The notes under the pieces: generated by a model
Databases searched by the model: none
The model's input: the letters and a program-made list of their open reading frames with translations, nothing else
Told to the model about the DNA's origin: nothing
In this document: piece after piece, positions 23,570-34,650 of the stretch
Numbering within the stretch: the stretch's first letter is position 1
How the letters are laid out: each line of letters opens with the position of its first letter
Position numbers and translations under genes: made by a program
From: an uncultured Planctomycetota bacterium
GTDB lineage: Bacteria; Planctomycetota; Planctomycetia; Isosphaerales; Isosphaeraceae
Length of the DNA: 64,000 nucleotides
Direction: 5' to 3'
Assembly: GCA_963845755.1 (NCBI GenBank)
Contig: CAWJTV010000015.1
Location: forward strand, 128,001-192,000

Positions 23570-25570
23570 ATGACGCCTGAGACCGCTCTGCTCGACGAGG
23601 CCAAACCCTCCGGCGCGTGGTCTCCCGATCGCGACACCAGCCGCCCTGGCCTCATTCGGTTCCTGGTGCTGTCGGCCTGGTGCGGGCTCCTTGCGGGCCT
23701 GCTCGAGGTGGGTGCGATCATCGTGCGGAAACAGGTGTTCGATTCCAATCATCTCTACTGGATCAGCCATCATTTCGTCTGGCTGATCCCCTTGCTCAAC
23801 CTGGCCCTTTTCCTCGTCGTCGGCGCGCTGCTGTCGATCCTGAGGTTCTGGCGCGCCGCGACGCGGCCGATGGCTCGCCACCCGGCTCCTGGGCGCGCTG
23901 ACCGTGCTTCCCCCCATCTGGGCCGGTTTCCCGCGGATTTACGGCCCGGCCGGATTTCTCCTGGCGCTGGGTATCGCGGCGCGGTTGGTCCCGTCGCTGG
24001 AGCGGCATCCTGACCGCTTTCGCCGGATGGTCCGGGCCACCTTCCCGGTCATCGCCGGTCTCGTCGCGATCGCGGCGGGCTCGCTCTGGAGTCAAGATCG
24101 AATCAAGGAATGGCGCGAGGCGGCCCGGCCCCTACCATCGCCGGGCAGCCCCAACGTCCTGTTGATCGTGCTGGACACGGTGAGCGCCCAGCATCTGAGC
24201 CTCCATGGCTACGATCGTCCCACCAGCCCGACCCTCGAAGAGTTGGCGAGCCAGGGGATTCGCTTCGATCGCGTACGGGCGACGTCGTCGTGGACCCTGC
24301 CATCCCATGGGAGCATGTTTACAGGAAGATGGCCTCATGAGCTATCCGCCGGCTACTTCACCCCGCTGGACCGGACGGATCCCACGCTGGCGGAGTTCCT
24401 GGGATCGCGCGGCTACGCGACGGCGGGCTTCGTCGCCAACTCCGGGTATTGTGGGACGGACTCCGGCCTGGCTCGCGGCTTCACCGATTACCGGGATTAT
24501 CAGTTCCCTCGGCTCACCGCTTTCCGGAACGCCGTCCTGGTGGCTCGCCCCATGGAGGCGGGACTCGCGGCGATGGGGGATTTCCTCGAGAGCTGGCCGG
24601 CCCTGGTCGCCCTGGCCCCGGCGGTAGCGGACCTCGGGTGGTATCTCCTGAGCGATCGGAAGGATGCGGCGGACGTCAATCGCGAGTTCCTCGACTGGCT
24701 CTCCCATCGCCGGCAGCCGGCGCGGCCCTTCTTCGCCTTCCTGAATTATTTTGACGCCCACGTTCCGTATCAGGTCCCGGAGCGAGGGCTCCACCGGTTC
24801 GGTGCGAAGCCGCGCAATCCCGCCGAGCTGACCGTGACCAAGTACTGGGTGATGGTGGCGAGGGAGGGACCTTCCCCGCAGCAGATCGAGTTCGCTCGCG
24901 ATTCCTACGACGACTGCGTCGCGGACCTCGACGAGCAGCTTGGCTGCTTGATCGATGAGCTCGCTCGTCGTGGCGTTCTCGAGCGGACCTGGATGATCGT
25001 CACGGCGGACCACGGCGAAAGCTTCGGCGAACAACCCGGCATATTCGTGCACGGAACGAGTCTCTACCAGGCCCAGCTCCACGTTCCGCTGGTGATCGTC
25101 CCCCCCGCGGGCGGCCCGCCGCCGACAATCGTTGACCAGACGGCAAGCTTGCGGGACCTGGCGGCGACGATCGTTGATGTCCTGGGTTTTCAGGCCGAAT
25201 CCCCCTTTCCCGGGACGACGCTCGGCCGGTTCTGGAAGGGGTCGTCCGCGCCAACGTCCGCCCAGTCCGCGGCGTCGGAGCCGGCCCTTTCCGAAGTCGT
25301 CCCCCTCGGTCCCTCATTCGAACCCGATCCCGGCAATGGCCATTGGCCGCCTTGACCGACGACGATTGGACGTACATTCGTCATGAAGAAACCGATCGTG
25401 AGGAACTGTACCGCGCGCGCGCGGACTCCAAGGAGCAGCACAACCTCGCCGTTGACCCGGCCATGAAAACCAGGCTGGAACGGCTGCGGGCCACCCTGAG
25501 CCGACTCACGGCCGGCCCGCTGACTGCGCCAGCGATTCAATCCCTGAGCGTGGGTGAGAGACAATCCTAG
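23570..25570 (+). CDS. Second membrane-anchored sulfatase-like protein, frameshifted
   Basis: ORFs 23510..24013, 23904..25355 and 25343..25570; 'PNVLLIVLDTV', 'SSWTLPSHGSMFTG', 'NYFDAHVPY', 'TADHGE'; paralog of 1450..3482. Confidence 0.85.
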
Positions 25571-26455
25571 CGTCGCAATCGCTCGGAGAGGCCGCGAACG
25601 GCGGCGTCGCTGGGTGCCAGACGGACGGCCTGCTCGACGGCGCGGAGGGCATCCGTCCGTTTGTTGTCGGCCTCGAGGGCCAGGGCCAGGTGGACGAAGA
25701 CCTCGGCGCGACCGGGTGCGCGCTCGGCGGCCGAACGGAAATCGGCGATCGCCTCCGGGAGATGGCGAAGTCTCCAGTGGGCGAGGCCGCGGAGGTCGCG
25801 GGCTTCTCCATTGTTGGGGGAGAGTTCGACGGCCTGGTCCAGTCGGCTGAGTGCCTGGTCGGGCTGGTTGGCGGCGAGCTGGATGGCCGCGATCCGGAGG
25901 ATCACCTCGCCGTTGTTCGCCTCGAATTCCAGGGCGCGGAAATAGGCCGCGAGTGCCTCGTCGGTCTGGCCCATGGCTTCGAGCATGCGGCCCATCGCGA
26001 GGTGCGCCTTGGGGCGATGCGGGTCGATCTCGATGGCCGACTCGAATCGCTTCAGTGCCGATACCCCCTCGCCCCGCCGGGCCTCGAGATCCCCCAGGCC
26101 GATCAGGGCCTCGACATAGTCCCGGTCGTGGCCCAGCGCCTGCGCGGTAACACGACTCGGCTTCCGGGTACCGGCCCTCGTGCTGCAAGACGGTACCGAG
26201 GCGCTGGAGGGCCTCGGGGGAATCCGGCTCCTCGCTGACGAGGTGCTCCAGATCGACCCGGGCCGACTCATACTCCCCGCGGTCCAGGGCCGCCTGCGCA
26301 CGCTCGCTGATCTGCTGGATTCGCTCGAGTTGCCGGGGATTGGCGGGAATGCGGTCTTCGCGACCGCGCACACCCAGCCAGGCGCAACCCGAGGACGACG
26401 CGAGCGACAGCCCGATCAACAGCCTGTACGCGGCGATGACCGTCCGTCGCCTCAT
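25567..26455 (-). CDS. TPR lipoprotein, frameshift near 26145
   Basis: Signal peptide with lipobox 'SSG-C' in ORF 25190..26455; TPRs continue in ORF 25567..26373. Confidence 0.8.
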
Positions 26456-26635
26456 GAATTGGACCTTGTCCCTTCCTGGGACCCCGCTCGTCCGTGAAAC
26501 CGATAGTCCGGCGAACCTTACGACACCAGTCGGTCCTGGTCAAGGCCGGTCATCCGGCCCTCACGAGAATTCCCGGAGTTCCCCTGTCGCCCCGGAACGA
26601 GGAACGTCTCCCCCGCCCGTGTTTGCATGCCGAGT

Positions 26636-28057
26636 TTACAGGTCGCCGACGGCACGGCGCAGACGGAGCATGGCGAGGTTCTCGTCGTAGATGGCGTTGT
26701 AGAGGTTGTTTAACGATTGGACGCGACGCGTTTCGGCGTCGAGGACCTCGGTGTAGGTACTCAAATGTTGCCGGTAACGGTCGGTAATCACGTGGGTGTT
26801 CTCCTCGGCCTGAATGATGGCCAGCCGGGCCACCGGCACCTTGCGGCGCGACTGCTGGAGGTCGAGCCATCGAGTGCGAACTTGCAGCGCAACGTCGTCG
26901 GCGGCATCGTCCCGGCGCCTCAACGCGGCGCGTTCCTGCTGCTGAATGGCCGCGGCCCGGCGCCGGGTGGCTCCACAGTCGGTGATCGTCCAGTCCGCAT
27001 AGAACGTCGCCGCCCCGATCCCCTGAGGAGCCAGGTTGTTGCTCCCCAGGTAGACGAATCCCATCGCGAAGCCGACCTGCGGCTTGATGCCCGCGAGGGT
27101 CGCCTGAGATTGGCGCGCCCAGTCCGCGAGCCTGTGCGGCCAAGCCGGCCAGTTCGGGACGAGCGCGCGTAGCGCCTGCGCCGTCAACTCCAGGACTTCA
27201 CCTTCGCTGTCCGCCGTCTCCGCCTCGCCATCCTTGATCGCCTGCTCAGCCATCGCTCTCCAGTCCGTGGTCTTCGGGAGGACGGTCAATTCCTCGAGCG
27301 GCACGACCTCGGTGAGGGGGCGGCAGAGGTATCGGTTATACGTCGCCCACGCCGACTTGAGCGCGGTCCGTGATTGGATCTCGGCAAGCCGGGCATTGGC
27401 CAGCGAGACCTGCGCGGCGAGGTCGTCGCTGCGAATCGCCAGCCCTTGCTCGAGACGGTTGCTCACATCCTTGGCAAATGAGGTCAACTGCTCGACGTTG
27501 CTCCGCGCGACTTCCAGGTTCTTGCGCGCTCGCAGGACCCCGACGTACGCCTCGCCCACGGTGAGCTTCAAGTCGAGGGCCGTGCGAAACTCCTCGGTTC
27601 GCTGGGCGCCAAGCTGGGCCCCCGCGGCCTCGATGCTCCTCAGGAGTCGTCCCCCTGTATAAATTGGGAGGTTTGCAAAGGTGAGCGAGACCGGAATATC
27701 CCTCTGTCCGGGGCCGAGAATCTGGAACGCCGACGGCAATCCACCGAGCATACCGGACGCGCCCGTTCCCGCTCGAGATCCTCCGCCGGAAGACCCGAAG
27801 AACGAGCTCGTGTTGACGGTCGGTGCAGCCGTCAGGAAGGCGTTGAATGTGAAGCTACGGATCGACGGCAATCGATCGGATCGGGCGGCCCTGAGATTCA
27901 ATCCCGCCGCCATCGATTCCGACTGCTGCGCCTGCACCTGTGCGTTGACTCTCAGTGCGAGATCCCATGCCTGCTGTAAGTCCTCGCTCAGGGCCGCTTC
28001 AGGTGACCTTCCGACGAGCAGACCGAGCACGATGACGATCGCTGAAATCCGTCTCAT
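26636..28057 (-). CDS. TolC-family outer membrane efflux protein
   Basis: Signal peptide, 'LPIYTGGR', 'VGEAYVGVLRA', 'YTEVLDAETRR', 'LRRAVGDL'; two-repeat OEP architecture; probably contains compensating internal frameshifts. Confidence 0.85.
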   Translation of the reverse strand: MRRISAIVIVLGLLVGRSPEAALSEDLQQAWDLALRVNAQVQAQQSESMAAGLNLRAARSDRLPSIRSFTFNAFLTAAPTVNTSSFFGSSGGGSRAGTGASGMLGGLPSAFQILGPGQRDIPVSLTFANLPIYTGGRLLRSIEAAGAQLGAQRTEEFRTALDLKLTVGEAYVGVLRARKNLEVARSNVEQLTSFAKDVSNRLEQGLAIRSDDLAAQVSLANARLAEIQSRTALKSAWATYNRYLCRPLTEVVPLEELTVLPKTTDWRAMAEQAIKDGEAETADSEGEVLELTAQALRALVPNWPAWPHRLADWARQSQATLAGIKPQVGFAMGFVYLGSNNLAPQGIGAATFYADWTITDCGATRRRAAAIQQQERAALRRRDDAADDVALQVRTRWLDLQQSRRKVPVARLAIIQAEENTHVITDRYRQHLSTYTEVLDAETRRVQSLNNLYNAIYDENLAMLRLRRAVGDL

Positions 28058-28592
28058 CGCGTGTCCGACTCCTCTCTCCGGAGCCGCCATGGAGCGGCCC
28101 GGACCACCGAACCCTGAGATTCTATTCGACCCCTTCCACCGCCACTATTGATCCTGAACATGGTTCTGGTGGGACCATTTCTGTTCGATCGACCGGTCGC
28201 GCCGGATGGGCAAAAGCGATAAGCTGCTACTCCCCTTCGCACGACATCCTGTTATTTTGATCGACCTCCCTTGCGAAACTCCGTTCTCGTTGGGGTTTCA
28301 CACACCTCGCGTGACCACTTCCTACTCCGGGTTTCTCATTTGATTCGTCTGAGGTGGATCCAGGGAACTGCGTCGACCTTGACGATTTCCCGGATTATGC
28401 CTGTTTTATGGATAATTCCATGAAGTTCGGGAAGGCCATCGCCGATGGAACTTCGGAAGAGGGTTTCGGTCGAGGTTGAAGGCGAGTGCTTTTTCATTCA
28501 CGTCGAGCAGAATCGCCCGGCGCCGCATCGCACACGGACGTTTGTCGAGCGAGCGAGCGGGTAAGGTACGCGGTGGGGGTGTCTTGGGGCTC

Positions 28593-31500
28593 ATGCGCAA
28601 GGGATGGCGCGAGGTCCTGGGTTTATGGGGGATGTTCCTGATCGGGACAGCCCTTGCCGCTGCGCCTCAAGAGGGAAAGCGAGAAACTCGGGGAACTGGT
28701 GTCGAATCGGTACGCTTGACGGTTGAGTTAAGTTGGGGCCTATCCGCAGGAGGGGTCGGCGCGGCTGGAATCCAGCCTGAGGAAGCCGTGCCGGAGGTCG
28801 TCCTGGCGTTGACGGAGGGACGGGTCCTTGAGGTGATCGGGTGGCCTTCGGGGGAACCTGTCGGGGGATCGGATGTTTCCTCGATGGGTCCCGGCGCGGA
28901 GGGAAGGTGGCGGCTCGGGAGAGCGCGTGACGGGCGAGTGCGCGCCCGGCTCGAGCTGCCGCTGGAGGCGAGTCTCACGGTGCGTTGCGGGGACCAGGTC
29001 GTGAAGGTTCCCCTCGTGGCGATCCTGGAGCGGGCCTACCGGACACCGGCGACCGCACCGTTGACGGTGTCGGTGGAGCGGCTCGCCTGGGACGCGATGG
29101 CCGTTCGACCTGAGTTCCTCGGCGGGATCAGGGATCGTCGCCCCGGGGGCGGAAATCCCGGTCTCGGTGGCCTTCAATATCCTCTGGCCCGAATCGGTGG
29201 ATGTCTCCGTCCGGTTCTCGGCCGTCCTCCGCGCCGTGGAGGGGGGAGAAGTGCTGTCGCGAGACGATCAGCAAGCGACGCTGCCGACGAACCGATCACA
29301 GCCGGCGTCGCGATTATTGAGACTCCGGCGCCCCGGAGTGAGGGAACCTATGTGGCGGAGGTCCATGCAACCTGGGAGCCGACGGTCCGGGACGGCTCGC
29401 GACTGGGCTGGATCATGCGTCGTCGCAAGTCGGCGGCGGTGTTCGACCGCATCGTCCCGCCGTGTGGTCCTGACGGTCCTGGAGCCCACCGTCAAACCGT
29501 CGGTGATCGTGGGGAAGCCGCCCACGCGGGACGGGCGCAAGGGTGAGTCCGAGGTCGACTCGGTGGACCTGACGCGGTCGCGAAGTCTCCGGCCACTGGC
29601 CTCGGGCCGATCGGCCCTGGCCGAGCCCGGCCGCTCGTCGTGGGGTGTGCCGGCCGCGGCGCTGATCGAGCCATCGGCGCGCGGCCGATGGCGCGGCTGG
29701 TTCCTTCGGACCGGTGCCGAGGCGGCCAAACTGGACCCCGCCGATGGGTCGGGCCTGGCCTGGTCGGCCGTCGGGCTCAAGGTCGCACATCCCAATCGGC
29801 CCCACCGTCTGACCCTCAAGGTTAAGGAGGGTGAACCCGCGGCGCTGGGCGTGGCCCTGATCGAACCCGGTGACGAACGCCGCGACCGTCAACCCCGCGT
29901 CCTGCTCGACGCGTGTGCCGCCGGTCCTCCGATCCTCGAGGATGGGCCGCCGCTGGTCTTCTCCTGGCTGGTGTGGCCCGGCTCGACCGAGTCCGTTTTG
30001 GTCCTGGTCAATCGCGACACCGAGTCGGCCGTCCGTCTGGGTACGGTCACGCTCACCGAGCTCGATGACGTCCCGCCGCCGCCAGCCGTCCGCGAGCCGG
30101 AGAAACCGCCCGCGCGGACATTGGGTCTCTATCTCACGGGGACGCAAGCCCTGGACCCGTTCCGTGACGACGCCGGGGCGGGTGGTGCGCTCGCCTCCGC
30201 GCGGAACCTGGCGAAGTACCTGGGCTATTGTGGTGCGACAGCCGTGGTCGTCCCCGACGACCTGTCCGACCGGCGCGGCGGCGGGCGCTCGACGGCCAGG
30301 CCGACGAGGATTCGACCGGTCCCGATCTCCTGGACGTCCTTCGCCGCGTGCTCGAGCGCCAAGGATGCTCTCTCTGGCTCGAGGTGTCTTTCGACCGTCC
30401 GAACGCCTTGCCGGGGCTGCCGCCGCCGGATTCGGAGGATGCGGTCCGTCGCGGCCTCGTGCGTCTCAACGGTCAGGGGCACGCCGATGGACCGGCCTAT
30501 CATCCCCTTCACCCCGAGGTCCGCGAGGCCATGAAGCGCCGGATCGTCGCGGCACTCACGCGGAGCCGGACGGCCCCCATCGCCGGCACGCTGGCCGGCC
30601 CCACGACGTCGGGATTGGTCATCCGTCTCGGTCCCGGCCCCACGCTGCTGGGGACACCCGACACGGGTATCGACGATATCACCTATGAGCGGTTCATCCG
30701 CGAGACCTTCGCCGCCGATACGGCGCAGGGCATACCCGGATCGGGGATCCACGACCCTGAACGGTTCGCCGTTCGCTTGCAGTATCTCGCCGGTGCCGGC
30801 CGGATGCCCTGGTTGACCTGGCGCTCGCGGGCCATGGCGGCTCTGTACGCGGAACTCGCCGCGGCCGTTCAGGAGGCGGCGCCGGGGACCGTGCTCGCCA
30901 TCGTGACGCCTGACCTGGATGGCGGCCCGGCCGGCAGCGAGGCCCGGCGCGTTGACCTGGCTGGACTGGCTCCCAGCGAGGCCTGGCGGAGCGTGGGACT
31001 CGACCTGCAAGGATGGCCCGCCGACCTGATGGGTCCGGTGCTGCTCCGCGGTGTCTCCCTGTCAACCGACGCCCTGGCCCACGACCTGGCGACCAGCCCT
31101 GACCTTGACGCCATCGTGGCGGGCCGGACTCGTCGCGGGGTGCTGCTCACCATCGACGAAGGAGTCCCGCAGCGGCGACCAATCGCCTCCTCGCAGCGGC
31201 CGATCCCCGATGTTTCCGCGGCCCCGGCCGCCGACCGTGGCCCGGTGCCGGGCGGGGCGACGCTCTGGTTATCGGCCCTGCCGCTCGGTGACGGCCCCGA
31301 AGCCGACGAGCCGCTGGGTCACGCCCTGGCTGCTCTCGATGCGCAGTGGGCGTTCCTCGCGGCCACGGCGGTCGCGGGCCACGAGGAACGGCTCAGGCAG
31401 TTCTCCAGGGTCTTCCGAGCCCTTCCCGCCTGGCCCCTCGGCGCTCCAGGGCCTTCGGCCGACCCCCACTCCCTGCCCTTCGGCGTCGCCATCCGCACGA

Positions 31501-32635
31501 GCGGCGATCCCGCGCAGACATACCTCGAGCTCGCCAACGACTCGCCCTACCCGATCCGGTTAGCCTGCCGCCTCGAGGCGCCGACCCTCGGCGCCGGTGG
31601 ACGACCTCGGACGCGGTCTTCGTCTGGCACCGGCATCCGAGGCCGGCGGCCGCAACCTGGTCCTGGACTTTCTCCCCTTCGGTGTCTCCGCGATCCGGGT
31701 TGGAGCGCCCGGCGTTGAGGTCACGTCGGTGACGCCTTATCCTTCCGAGGCCGTATTGACCAGCATGCAGGCGCGATCCCGTGAGCTGTCCGCTCTCCTG
31801 GTGCGGCTCAATCGGGGGCTGGCCGGTGGCGAGGGAGAGCCCCCGAATCCGGGCTTCGAACCTGATTCGGGGCCGTCCCCCCGGCACGAGCCCAGCACGG
31901 ATCCCACCAATCCGATGCCGCCCCTCCCCGCGGACATGGACCCGGCTCTCGAGATCACGGGGGCTGGCGCGATCCCGGCCGCGCCTCCCCTCGGTTGGCA
32001 GATTGAGGGTAACAAGCCTGGCCCGGAAGCTAGCGCGGCCGGAGTGACGATCGATCGCAAGAACCCCCACTCGGGCCAGGGGAGCCTGCGACTGGCCTCA
32101 CCGACCGGTCCCGCCTCGGTCCTGAGCGGGTCGTTCGTGCCGAATTCCCTATCCAGCCTGACGATCCAGGCATTCTTCCGATCCGCGCCGGCCGACGCGG
32201 TGATCCGCGTCTGGATCGAGGGGGAATCGGGGGGACAGCCGTATATCCGGCGGCTCCGAGTTGGACGTGACGACGAACTGGGAAGGGCGGGCGGTCCGTG
32301 CCTCGGACCTGCCGCCGGGAGGGCTCGACTCGGCCCGGCTGCGATTCGAGCTGATGACGCCGGGCGTCCTCTGGATCGACGACCTGCACATCCTGGGCGA
32401 TTCCACGTCGAAATCGGCCCGGCTCAACGCACGGCGCGCCCTGCTGGCGGCCTTGCAGGCGCACCGGGAGCAGCGGTACGCAGACTTTGCGCGCCTGGCC
32501 GCATCGCACTGGGTCCGGCAGTCGGGGATCTCGGCCTACGGCCGGCTGGCCCGGGGTCCCGACGCCCCGTCGCGAACCGATCGTACGCCGGCTGCCGCGG
32601 CTTCTGCCCTATCCTCGGACCGAAAGCTCAGGTAA
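28593..32635 (+). CDS. Large secreted protein with a putative glycoside-hydrolase-like TIM barrel (DUF187/GHL10-like) and a C-terminal carbohydrate-binding-like domain, about 4-5 frameshifts
   Basis: Chain of overlapping ORFs 28476, 29167, 30228, 31597 and 32261; 'YHPLHPEVREAM', 'GIDDITYERF', 'WLTWR', 'NPGFE', 'LWIDDL'. Confidence 0.55.
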
Positions 32636-32700
32636 GATCACACTCCTGACCGTCTTCGCGCCAGTGGAGGATTGGTCCGACTGGAACAAGGAGGAATCGG

Positions 32701-33471
32701 GTGTTCGTCTCCTGTAGCACACTCTGCTTCGCGCGGGAGCCGCTGGAGGCGGCCCTCCGCCAGATCGCCGAGCTGGAGTTCGACAAGTTCGAGCTGGCCC
32801 TCGTCGAGGACGGGATTCATTTGCGGCCATCCGAGGTCGGCGATAATCCCGAGTCGGCGCTGCAACGCCTGCGCAGCGGGCCTAGCCTGATCCCCTCGGC
32901 GATCCACATCGACTTCGGCCCGGTCAACTGGTCGGATCCCTTGATCCGCCGCCGGTTTGACGGCCTCTGCCGACTGGCCAAGTCGCTCAGCGTCGCCGTA
33001 TTGACCATGCATGCCGCCCCGGCCGGCACTCCGCTGGACGACGAGATCCAGCGGCTCACCCAGCTCCTGAGCATCGCCATGCGCGAAGGGCTGGTCCTGG
33101 CCATGCTCACCCATTCCGAGACCGTGACCGGCGATCCCCGGGTTGCCGTCGAATTGTGCGAGGCCGTGCCCGGCCTGAGACTGACGCTCGACCCGAGCCA
33201 CTTCCTGCAGGGGTCGCAACCCTACCCCGACTTCGACGACGTCTTCCCCTACGTCCAGAACGTCCACCTCCGCGACACGGGCCAGGCGCCCGGCGAGTTC
33301 CAGGTCCGCGTCGGCCAGGGACAGGTCGATTACGCCCGTATCATCACCATGCTCCAGCGCTACAACTACAACCGCTCGCTCACCGTCGCCATCATCGACC
33401 GGCTCGAAAACCCCTTCGATCGCGAAGTCGAGGTCCGCAAGCTCAAGCTGCTGCTCGAGACCTTGATCTAG
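32701..33471 (+). CDS. Sugar phosphate isomerase/epimerase (xylose isomerase-like TIM barrel)
   Basis: Intact ORF; 'LTLDPSHF', 'NVHLRD', 'VGQGQVDY'. Confidence 0.85.
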   Translation: MFVSCSTLCFAREPLEAALRQIAELEFDKFELALVEDGIHLRPSEVGDNPESALQRLRSGPSLIPSAIHIDFGPVNWSDPLIRRRFDGLCRLAKSLSVAVLTMHAAPAGTPLDDEIQRLTQLLSIAMREGLVLAMLTHSETVTGDPRVAVELCEAVPGLRLTLDPSHFLQGSQPYPDFDDVFPYVQNVHLRDTGQAPGEFQVRVGQGQVDYARIITMLQRYNYNRSLTVAIIDRLENPFDREVEVRKLKLLLETLI

Positions 33472-33506
33472 CGGATGGAGTGGACGATGATTGACGGGGA
33501 AGCTCC

Positions 33507-33704
33507 ATGGGCAAGAAGCGTGACATCCGCCAGATTGAGTCGATCGCTGGAGAGTTTCGGATGGCCCCTGAAGAGCGGCGCGACTTCGGTAGATATATCG
33601 AAGAATGCAAGGCGGTTGGAGAAAAAGGATCCGGGAAGTATGGAGACTTCACTTATGAAGAGCTACGTGATAAGGCGCGAGAGTTTCGAGGGGAAGAGAG
33701 ATGA
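33507..33704 (+). CDS. Small charged helical protein resembling a polymorphic-toxin C-terminal tip
   Basis: 65 aa, lower GC than its flanks, ATGA overlap with the next gene; family resemblance is from memory only. Confidence 0.55.
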   Translation: MGKKRDIRQIESIAGEFRMAPEERRDFGRYIEECKAVGEKGSGKYGDFTYEELRDKAREFRGEER

Positions 33705-34309
33705 GCACCACGCTGATCGATCTGAGTCGGGAACACGCGCAGTCCTCTGATGACCTCCCGGGTCTGCATGCCCACCTCGCTCAATTGATCGGCGAGCCAT
33801 TTCGTTTTGTTCAGTACTCGTATGGGGACGAGTTGACCCTGCACTTCGGGGACCTGGAGCCAGCGCGGCACCCGAAACTCAAAGGTAGACTGTACGGGGC
33901 GTTTATGCTGGGTCTACGCGCATCGCCCTGGAACTTGAAATCCGGATCCGAGCCTTGGGTCGTAAACGGGGGGATGTTGCTCGACGCTTCCAAGGCTGAG
34001 TTGGGGACGCCTCTAGACAAACGAGAATTGGAATCCCGGAAGATCATCGAACCCGGGAGTCTCGTCTTGGCGGCAGTCCCGTTTTTCGTCCAGCCGGTGG
34101 ATGGATTTGGGCTTCAACTTCGATTTGCGGATGGGAGTCTTCTGTCGGTCGTCCCCGCGGTCCCTGTACCGGATGAACCCGAGGACGAAGGTCTGCCCGA
34201 CCTGGCTGACTGGGAGGTCTTCACTCCGCGAGGTCTTCTGAGTGCCGGGCCCGGCCGCAGGTGGTCATTCGAGCCGAAGGGCGTAGCTTCGACCGCTCAG
34301 AAGGCGTAG
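33701..34309 (+). CDS. Hypothetical protein (possible immunity-like partner)
   Basis: 202-aa ORF translationally coupled to 33507..33704; 'LTLHFG' and 'LQLRFADGSLL' beta-rich pattern. Confidence 0.65.
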   Translation: MSTTLIDLSREHAQSSDDLPGLHAHLAQLIGEPFRFVQYSYGDELTLHFGDLEPARHPKLKGRLYGAFMLGLRASPWNLKSGSEPWVVNGGMLLDASKAELGTPLDKRELESRKIIEPGSLVLAAVPFFVQPVDGFGLQLRFADGSLLSVVPAVPVPDEPEDEGLPDLADWEVFTPRGLLSAGPGRRWSFEPKGVASTAQKA

Positions 34310-34356
34310 CATGTCCCGTCGTTTTGTAGGCTGGCGTCCCTCGAGGGGGAACCCAC

Positions 34357-34608
34357 ATGGCCGAAGTCAAGACGCTCGCCGAATGGATGGCCGAACGCGG
34401 TAACGGCGTGTCCGAGCTGGTCGCGGCCTCGGGCTTGGATGCGCGGGTGGTCGAAGCGATCGTCGAGAATCGTTACACGCCCAGTCCCCAGCAGCGACAG
34501 CGACTCTCTGTCGCGCTGGGGATCGAGCCCGACCAGGTTGCCTGGGGGCACGTGGCGGCGGTCGAACACGTCTATGGCCACGGCCCGCAGTTTGGCCGGA
34601 GTCCTTGA
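34357..34608 (+). CDS. Small XRE/Cro-like helix-turn-helix protein (paralog 1)
   Basis: 'VSELVAASGLDARVVEAIVENRYTPSPQQRQRLSVALGI'; RBS GAGGGG upstream. Confidence 0.75.
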   Translation: MAEVKTLAEWMAERGNGVSELVAASGLDARVVEAIVENRYTPSPQQRQRLSVALGIEPDQVAWGHVAAVEHVYGHGPQFGRSP

Positions 34609-34650
34609 GCGCGTCCGCTCACCAGCAGGGCGAACAGAGGGCGAACGATC

